Positions 54,815-64,000 of a DNA stretch of 64,000 nt are shown here, piece by piece (positions within the stretch are counted from its first letter, which is position 1; the number at the start of each line of letters is the position of its first letter). Position numbers and translations under genes: made by a program. This DNA is from Octopus sinensis. Lineage: Eukaryota. Location of the stretch: the NCBI RefSeq assembly GCF_006345805.1, contig NC_042998.1, positions 36,270,001 through 36,334,000 on the forward strand, in the 5' to 3' direction. The notes under the pieces were generated by a model. The model searched no databases and had not been told where the DNA came from. It worked only from the letters and a program-made list of their open reading frames with translations.

Positions 54815-55006
54815 TATATATATATATTATATATATATATATATAATATATATATATATATATGTTGCTTATCAAGTTGATCGCTGCTCTAACAAATCTG
54901 GTCCTCTTTCAGTCACTACATTTCACTTGTTTGTTCCTGAAAGTTATTCTTCACATCTTCTACGGACTGATCGAAGCTTACTATCTTTCTACACTTTGAT
55001 CTTACC

Positions 55007-55051
<45 letters not shown>

Positions 55052-55204
55052 CCTTTATATATATATATATATATATTAATAATTCGTTTGGTGTCAAGTT
55101 ATAATAAAAAGAATTTAATTGGAAAATTACTCAATCCTTTTTTTCAGGTAGCATGGCAAGATTTCGAAGTCCCTATCATTTCTCTTCTAAATGTATGATT
55201 AATA

Positions 55205-56103
55205 TGCAAGGTCTGATAGACAAATATCGGGAATGATGCTGCAAAGAGAAAGCTACAACATATATCAATCCGGCATTTAATCTCCTTTGAAGTGTTCCCC
55301 TTCTGAAGTCACACATTTCACCCAGCGTCTTTTCCATTGAAGGAAGCATTCCAGGGTTCTCCAATTTTCGGATAACGAACAGCTGCATCGTCACATTCTC
55401 TTCGTCTTCCTCGACGTCTTCACATCTTGTTCCTTTCAAAGGAGATTTCAATTTTGGAAAGAGGAAAATGTCGCAAGGTGCGAGACCTATGGAAAACGGT
55501 GGTTGTCGCAACTGGAGAATGTTGTGCTTAACCAAATACTGCTGCAACTGAAAGCAGCTTTGGCAGAAACTTGACAGACATTAGTCTCATACCTAAATCT
55601 TCTATGAGAAAGGACTGAACTGAACCGTAACTAATGTTCACATCCCTCGACAACTCACGCACGGTGATCGTAGGTTTTTCCACACAGCTGCACGCACATC
55701 TGTGATGTTTTTATCAGCTTTACTGGTCACGGGTCTCCCAGAACGTACGTCAAAGTCAATATATTGTGGGCTAGCTCACAAAAATTTGAACGTCCCATAC
55801 ACTCATTTCCAGCTCATACGCTCCTCTCCATACACTTTTTACGTAGGTCTCTGCGCAGGTATCCTCATGATTTTGGCAAAAATTTATGTAGATTCTCTGC
55901 TCAGTTTTCTCGGTGAGACGACCAAACTGTACTCAATGTAATTCCAAGCACTGCTATAAACCGCAGAAGTGAGCGACAACGTTATAGCTTATCGTGCATG
56001 CGCAAGCGAGTTCATATTCAAGCTGTGACAAGCGGCTTTACTCTTCATACTTTAGTTCCGTTACTATAGCAACAGACCCGATACTTTTTCATCAGACTTC
56101 ATA
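55205..56103 (-). mobile_element. Mariner element, internally deleted and degenerate
   Basis: QPPFSIGLAPCDIFLFPKLKSPLKGTR (YSPDLAPCDFFLFPKLK motif). Imperfect TIRs aggtctgatagacaaatatcggg and cccgatactttttcatcagactt. Confidence 0.8.
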
Positions 56104-57617
56104 TACAATTATGTGCACGTGTGTTGTGTGTGTATGCATATGTGTGTATGTATCCATACATGCATACACACACACACATGCTTTTACTCTTTATAAACAT
56201 TTTCAATCTTACATTAACATCCATTTATCCACTCGTAATACTGTTTCAGCAGTTTTTCAGTCTATCCTCTCATTAGGCAGATACCATTGGATGAGAGAAA
56301 CAGCATTTCTCTTAGTTATTTTCTATTTTTCATTTTTGCAATTTCATCTTCCATTCCTTAACGCTTCTTATTCTTTTCCTTTCCCGCCTTTCTCTAGCCA
56401 TTTTTTTTTGCTTTCCTTCTAGTTGTTTTGCTTCTTTGTTTAGCTTGTTTGTGTGTTTATTTTTTTCCTCTCTCCTTCAGTCGTTTGTTCTTTCTCATAA
56501 CTTTTACTTGCAGTTTTCTTTTCCTTGTGTTTCATTTCCATTTAGCATTTTAAAATGGCCCCCAAGATTTATTTCGTTCTAAGTGTTATATTCCGTTCAC
56601 TGTATCTTTCACCACACATTCAAAAAGTCGTCTTAACGTTTTGCTTGCAGTAGGCATTGCCACTTACTTTCGTTTTTCAATCCTCATTTTTTTCTCCTGC
56701 GTGTTCACGTGTGTATGTTTATGGTTATTTTTCTCTTGTTTTGAGAATATTTTTTGCCTAGCTATATCTCCTTGGCTCTCGGGAAATATATATATATAAA
56801 AGTTGAGTGACAACATGTCTAGTTGTAAAATGTTTCGTATTTAGGAAACATATTTATAGTAATTGCCAATGATAAATGTCCGATTTGATTTCACAGAAAA
56901 ATTGATGTCAATTCGTTTTCTACATTTCTCTCTAAAATTTACCCCAAGTTAAAAAAAAAAAATAAACAAAGCAAAACAGAACAGAATCATAAGAGAAAAA
57001 ATAAACATCAATCTAGTGAACAACTTCAACAAAAACAATAATGGAAAAGTAAAAGAAACGAATTTAATTAAAAAAGTTATATTTTTTTTTCCATAAGTTG
57101 GTTGGAGTTTCAAAGCAAGCGACCGGCGTTTGCTCGTTTCTGGTTTGTTTTGAGGTTGCTACACTGATCGCTTTTCAGAAACAACTTAATCAATTTAGTA
57201 GACACCACAAATCCCACAAGCAGCAAAATAACAACAAGAATAGCTGCAACGACAAATTCGACATCAAAACCATTTATAACATTTAGAATAAAACGAAAAT
57301 AAAGAACAAAGACAAGTTTCTGTTAATTTTTTACTGGTAAACCAAAAAGCCTAAAACATTTGAAATATTAAATGAACGACTAATGATGAATAATAGAATG
57401 ACAACGAGACATTCACCATATTTCTTTTTCGGTGATTCATTTGATTTCAACAAGCTATATCCAAAATGTCTGCTTCATGTACTCATGCTCGCGCACATTC
57501 ACATACTCAATGACAGATACACATGGACATACAGATACGCATATATATGTGTATGTGTGTGTAAGTATGTATGTGTGTATGTCTGTATGTATGTATGTGT
57601 GTGTGTGTGTGTGCCTG

Positions 57618-57664
<47 letters not shown>

Positions 57665-59352
57665 GTATGTCTGTCTATTTGTCTGTCTGTCTGTTTGTCT
57701 GTCAATCTATCTGTCTGTCTGTGTATACATAAATGTATATACAAGTATTTATATGGATATACATGCATATATATATATATGCAAGTATATCCATATACAT
57801 ACTTGTATATACATTTGTGTATAAACATACATACATACATAATACACATAGCTATACAGACATATCTAACGAGACACTCGTCCAGCCCCACTATTTATTA
57901 TAAAATTAATATTCTTACCGACATCAAACATTGTTTCCTTATTTCCCTACCGAAAAATACCCATATCCGTTATTTCCTACATAAATATACAACTCTAAGA
58001 AAGAATTAACAAGAAAAGGAAATACTGAACATTTACAGAATAATTGATTTAAAAATAATTGAAAGAAAGTTTTGTTAAAATTTGTTTACAATGATTTTGT
58101 GAATTTTAGATTCTAAATATGGAGAATTTTATTTTAATGTTTGTTTCAAATTTTAATTATTTTGTCCTTCAAATTTATTGTTTAACTTTGATGTTTGTTG
58201 CGATTTATGCACCTACTTCTCTTTCTTTGAGATCTGATAGTTTTTTAAAATCATCTTTGGTCCAAGTACATAATACCAACATTTGTTAATCTAGAAGAAA
58301 TATGTTTTATAATGCAGTAACTATGGAACCATAAGACAGCTTGATGAATAAACATTAGACATATCATTAACTCCCATATACCGAATAATTAATGAAAATT
58401 AGAATGAGAATAGAAATGAGGAAAATGCGGTCTGAGAAAACTAAATTATCTAAGTTCAAGTGGCTTGTTACCAATCGCAAAATTAAACTTGTTACACGAA
58501 ACAAATCGCCATTCCTTTCAAGGGAAATTTAACCGCAAGCAAAAGAACGAATAAAGAAAGTTCTAATTGTTGGGAAAATATATCAGTAACAAAAAGAAAT
58601 TTTTACGATCAGTCATTTTTTTTTATTACCTCTTGGAATACCTCAATGTTATCCCTCTGCCAGAGAAACCGGAGAAACCACTACACCACCACCACCACTA
58701 CCACCATCACCACCCACTTTGGCCTCTGAGCATATAATTACACGCTCTTCATCTGATTACATCTTTCTTAATCTTTATTCTCATGTCTTTTCTCTTTGCA
58801 CAGTCTTCAAACATTTATTCTCAGTGCTAAAACAAAGATTGAAATAAATGGTACCGAAGATCAGCTTTGATAGAATCGTCTGGAATTTCGTCTCTCTGCG
58901 GCATAAGAAATTATCAAAATCTATGAGATTTACGAAATATTTTATGCCGACGTCAGCTGCTATTAATTTTCTCGAACTCAGTTTTATTAATATAGAGTGG
59001 AAAACAAATTTATTAATTGGAAAATACTGCAAAATTCAAAAGAATTAAAGATTCAGAATAAATCTTGTAATTGAAGTGCGGTTATCTGCTGTAGCTTCCT
59101 TGCAATAATAATCTAGGGAATATTATAAATATTAAGAATTTAGTTCATAATCTAAATCCGAGCTCATAAAATCGAAAATATCCGAATTACACTTGTTAGG
59201 TAAAAAGCTTGATGTGAGATCGTTTGTTTATAACTAAAGCATTTGTGTTTTGCTAATCATATTGATTAAATCACTTGCAGTGTTCATATTTACTTCTTAG
59301 TTTTATCATTACTTCATAATAGTATATATTATTAAATATTAAACATTGCATA

Positions 59353-59764
59353 GGCGCGGGAGTGGCTGTGTGGTAAGTAGTTTTCTAACCAACCACATAG
59401 TTCCGGGTTCAGTCCCACTGCGTGGCACCTTGGGCAAGTGTCTTCTGCTATAGACTCGGGCCGACCAAAGCCTTGTGAGTGGATTTGGTAGACGGAAACC
59501 GAAAGAAGCCTGTCGTATATATGTATATATACATATGTATGTGTGTGTGTATGTTTGTGTGTCTGTGTTTGTCCCTCTAGCATTGCTTGACAACCGGTGC
59601 TGGTGTGTTTACGTCCCCGTCACTTAGCGGTTCGGCAAAAGAGACCGATAGAATAAGTACTGGGCTTACAAAGAATAAGTCCCGGGGTCGATGTGCTCCA
59701 CTAAAGGCGGTGCTCCAGCATAGCCGCAGTCAAATGACTGAAACAGGTAAAAGAGTAAAAGAGT
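59353..59764 (+). mobile_element. SINE family A, full length, with an 8-bp TSD
   Basis: attgcata at 59345-59352 and 59765-59772. Confidence 0.9.
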
Positions 59765-60089
59765 ATTGCATATACATCCTCTGTATACACGCAGTGTTGG
59801 TACTTTACCTATTCCTGGCTATAAGTTTCCCCACCAGTATATAAATCTGCTTACTCTATTAAACGGTTAAATGTTTCCTGAAAAGTCAGTTCTAAAGGAG
59901 AAAATAATCGTGGAATTCTACATTTCTATTTTCACATCGGGCTAAAACTTACGCGAGTTCTACCGAAAGTTATGTAAAATCCATGTAACCGTTGTTCAAA
60001 GTACACATGTTAGTGGACAGACCATTCATCTTAATAAATGTAAAAATCAGCATAATCTCTACTCTAAGTGATGTATTTGCACTATCACC

Positions 60090-60420
60090 AAATCCCGTTC
60101 TTGAATTCTCTTTAAAAAAAACAGGCATAAACTGTTGTAACCCATTTTCCATAGCCGATTTCCCCGCGTCATCAAACCACCGACTTTAAAAATGGCCCTT
60201 CATTGACTCGAACAAGCAGAAGTCGATGGGTGTCAGATCCTAACTGTACGGTAGATGAAATTACTAAAAAGCTCAATTTGCAGATTGCTTGATCTGTTGC
60301 GAAAGATGTGTGTTTCTTCAATGAAAAAGTGATGATGGACAGTCTCCAGATTCTAGTTCAGTTGCTTCCTTCCAATGTTTTTGAAAGTCTCAATTTAGCG
60401 CTCACTGTTCATAGAATGTA
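60090..60420 (-). pseudogene. Mariner transposase C-terminal fragment
   Basis: HLPYS*DLTPIDFCLFESMK (decayed HPPYSPDLAPSDF). Confidence 0.6.
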
Positions 60421-60483
60421 GTATATATTATCTGTACACACACACACACACACACCACACACACACACACACATATATATATA

Positions 60484-60779
60484 TCATCATGATCACCGTG
60501 CCCGACCAGGCTATCAGACCTTACTACACATCGCTGGTCACAGTGCGCTTCGCATTGTTTTAGCCTTCAAATGACGCGAGCAGGCCAACAGAAGAAAGAA
60601 TGCGAGAAAGTTGTGGCGAAAGAGTACAGCAGGGATCGCCACCACCACCCCGCAGGAGCCTCATGGAGCTATGGGTGTTTTCGCTCAATAAACACTCACA
60701 ACGACTGGTCTGGGAATCAAAACCGCGATCCTACGACCGTGAGTCCGCTGCCCTAACCACTGGACCATTGCGCCTCCAC
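60484..60779 (-). mobile_element. SINE family C, near full length
   Basis: Reverse-complement head ggaggcgcaatggtccagtggttagggcagcggactcacggtcgtaggatcgcggttttgattccc. (ATG)n tail. Confidence 0.8.
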
Positions 60780-61091
60780 ACACACTCACACACACAGACA
60801 TATATACAAATTATGTACACCTAAGCGCATATACATCTTTATATAAAGATTATTTGCCAACTTAATGTGGCAGTCACGGTTGGGACGTATGTTACTGTTA
60901 TTTAGCCCCAGGAAACATCGTCTCCATTTGGCTATACGACACACAATCTGTGTTCACTCTGTTCGAAAATATAAGGACACAGATAGTGTGTCACATTATG
61001 TTAGCAAATAATCTTTTCTTTAGAGTATTGTTAATGAATCTCTCGTTGAGAGATTTAAAAATAAGTTTTCTATTTATCTCTATATAACTAC

Positions 61092-61239
<148 letters not shown>

Positions 61240-61258
61240 GTCTGTCTGCCTGCCAGCC

Positions 61259-61296
<38 letters not shown>

Positions 61297-61535
61297 CCTG
61301 CCTGCCTGCCTGTCTGCCTGTCTGTCTATGTGTCTGCCTATATATGTGTCTGTCTATTTGTCTGTCCGTCTGTCCAGCCGTCCGTCTGTGTGCGTGTGTG
61401 TGTCTGTCATAAAAATTTAAATATATTATCGACGATGACCTTTGATAGAAACATCTGGATTTTTGTCTCTGCACAGCATAAGTACTTAGCAAAATTCATA
61501 AATGTATGAGATTTGCTAAACATAGACACACGCAT

Positions 61536-61614
<79 letters not shown>

Positions 61615-61958
61615 AACGTACACATTCAAGCAGACACACATACAGACATACAGACAGATACACACAGTAAGGAAACACCTACGCTGCCTCTGATCTTGCT
61701 AGCCATTTCTATAAAATCTCAACCAGATCGAAACGAACCGTCTTTCAAACGGAAGTACGCTTTGGATATTGCAGTTCTTGATCTACAATTAATCTAAAAA
61801 TTAAATCAATCAATAAATGAAAAAAAAAAAAGAAAGCGTAACTGATCAATAACTGCAACGTGTTTGATCATAGGTCTGCATTGTGAAATTTTATCGTAAA
61901 TCAGGGTGTGAGATTTTCGTGTTCGATCCTCGAACTTAAACTATAAATATGAGCATAA

Positions 61959-62317
61959 TATTATACATCACGGAGATGTACTCGCATAGCAATTTATTTG
62001 ATCTGAGATCGTGTGCTGAAACGAAAACAATTGCAGCGTGGAAGGTGTTTGTAAGCCGTTTAAGAAACACACAAAAGCCCTTCGATTCACTTCAACATTT
62101 AAGTTTAATTTGTCAAAATATTTTCGTCGCTTTAAGACCGCGACCTGTTCACTGACAAAAATCCGTGCAGCACGGTCCGTGAACAGGTCGCGGTCTTAAA
62201 GCGACGAAAATATTTTGACAAATTAAACTTAAATGTTGAAGTGAATCGAAGGGCTTTTGTGTGTTTCTTAAACGGCTTACAAACACCTTCCACGCTGCAA
62301 TTGTTATTATACATCAC
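61959..62317. mobile_element. Repeat element with a 127-bp perfect fold-back, flanked by a 13-bp direct repeat
   Basis: Arms at 62026-62152 and 62179-62305. tattatacatcac at 61959-61971 and 62305-62317. Confidence 0.85.
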
Positions 62318-62557
62318 ATTTACCAATTAAAGAAAATATGAAAACATGTAAACGTAAGTGCTAGATAGACTAAAAGATGGACGAATGCTTTTTAATCTTA
62401 TGTCTTCTCAGCAATAACATCATCATCCTCATCATCATCATCATCATCATCAACAACAACAACAGCAACAACAATGGCTCAGTATTTTATTAGGTTCGTT
62501 TCTAAAATGTCGAGTCTGGTACCGCCAGGAAATAACGCAGCATTACGTTTATATGTA

Positions 62558-62978
62558 TTCTTTTATTTTTTTATTCTTTTACTTGTTTCAGTCATTTGAC
62601 TGCGGCCATGCTGGTGCACTGCCTTTCAGTCGAGCAAATCGACCCCGGGGCTTATTCTTTGTAAGCCCAGTACTCATTCTATCGGATCTCTTTTGCCGAA
62701 CCGCTAAGTAACGGGGACGTAAACACACCAGCATCGGTTGTCAAGCAATGCTAGGGGGACAATCACAGACACACAAACACATACCACACATATATATATA
62801 TATATATATATACATATATACGACAGGCTTCTTTCAGTTTCCGTCTACCAAATCCACTCACAAGGCATTGGTCGGCCCGGGGTTATAGCAGAAGACACTT
62901 GCCCAAGATGCCACGCAGTGGAACTGAACCCGGAACCATGTGGTTGGTTAGCAAGCTACTTACCACACAGCCACTCCT
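62558..62978 (-). mobile_element. SINE family A, full length
   Basis: Reverse complement of 7716-8114. Confidence 0.9.
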
Positions 62979-63220
62979 TATCTTTAATAAAAAAAAAAGA
63001 CTACACATTACAAAACAATAACTATCTTAATAACAAAGCCTCAGTTTGCAATAAAAAATTGTCTACGACTATAATTCATGTCAAAGACTCTGTGAAATAC
63101 TTACAGCTATCACACAACTTATAAACTCAACACAGAAAATCCACAAAGCTTTCAACAGTAAAAAAAAAGCCCACACGAACCAAACAACTTCGGTTTTGAT
63201 AAAGCTTTCAACTCCATCCC

Positions 63221-63448
63221 TTACTCTCTCTTTTTACTCTTTTACTTGTTTCAGTCATTTGACTGCGGCCATGGTGGAGCAGCGCCTTTAATCGAGCAAC
63301 TCGACCCCGGGACTTATTCTTTTGTAAGCCCAGTACTTATTCTATCGGTCTCTTTTGCCGAACCGCTAAGTGACGGGGACATAAACACACCAGCATCGGT
63401 TGTCAAGCAATGCTAGGGGGACAAACACAGACACACAACCACACACAC
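63221..63448 (-). mobile_element. SINE family A, 3' half only
   Basis: Homology stops at the internal (CA)n, where a hammerhead element begins. Confidence 0.85.
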
Positions 63449-63521
63449 TCTTACTGAAGAGCCTACCTGAGTAAATAAATATTATTTTTATTGCTGAAAT
63501 AGGCGAAACTGCAGTCTAAGA
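63449..63521 (+). ncRNA. Minimal type-I hammerhead ribozyme (intact)
   Basis: tctta-CTGAAGA-gccta(34 nt)taggc-GAAAC-tgca-GTC-taaga. 5-bp stem I, 5-bp stem II, palindromic loop III. Confidence 0.88.
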
Positions 63522-63687
63522 AGAACCGAGTTAGTAAAAGTTTTTATTTTCATTTCACTAAATTTATCAAGCTTCTGTGTATCTAGTACATACTTCGCCT
63601 TTAATGTACTTATATATGAATAATATATGGCCTGTGCTAGAAACACCAGCGATAATAATTAATTTTATTTTATCGCATTCTGACTTT

Positions 63688-63724
<37 letters not shown>

Positions 63725-63827
63725 TAATAAAAGGCTTCCAAATGAGGAAGCGTAGTGCTAGAAACACAAAAAGGGATAAATTCATGAAGGGAATGAACAT
63801 TAAAAACATTTACCATTACAGCTATAT

Positions 63828-63902
63828 CCCAGACCGATCAGTTTCTACCTATTTTTAGCAAACAAACAGAATATATTTGCTAAGGCAAGGTTCTTCAGTG
63901 GG
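63828..63902 (-). ncRNA. Type-I hammerhead ribozyme
   Basis: Reverse complement: ccca-CTGAAGA-acct..ttagcaaa(loop)tttgctaa..aggt-a-GAAAC-tgatcg-GTC-tggg. Confidence 0.78.
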
Positions 63903-64000
63903 GAGTCTTCTTAATCCTAGATGCACAGACTGTTAGAAGCACGTGTAGATCTAACGGTTTGTATATCTTAACTTTCCAAACCTCTGCGTAGACGCAAATC

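Overview
AT-rich, microsatellite-saturated eukaryotic DNA with no recognisable host protein-coding gene. The SINE repertoire resembles octopus-type tRNA-derived SINEs, so a coleoid cephalopod is my inference, not a verified identification. Most ORFs in the track are simple-repeat artefacts. The window is a nest of mobile elements: at least 4 tRNA-derived SINE families, Tc1/mariner relics, CR1-like and R4/Dong-like LINE pieces, a zinc-knuckle ORF1 relic, MITEs, and an ~8.4-kb Penelope-like element (RT + GIY-YIG) bounded by near-identical direct repeats that each carry a hammerhead ribozyme motif. The main signal is RNA-level: at least 12 minimal type-I hammerhead motifs, most with intact cores, from 3-4 sequence families. 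Eight sit in a 4.45-kb non-coding array of ~540-bp highly self-complementary units (about 3 on the minus strand, 5 on the plus strand), embedded in (TA)n. The array looks like a large retrozyme-type circular-RNA element plausibly mobilised by Penelope-like machinery. Coordinates were counted by eye and element boundaries may be off by a few bases.
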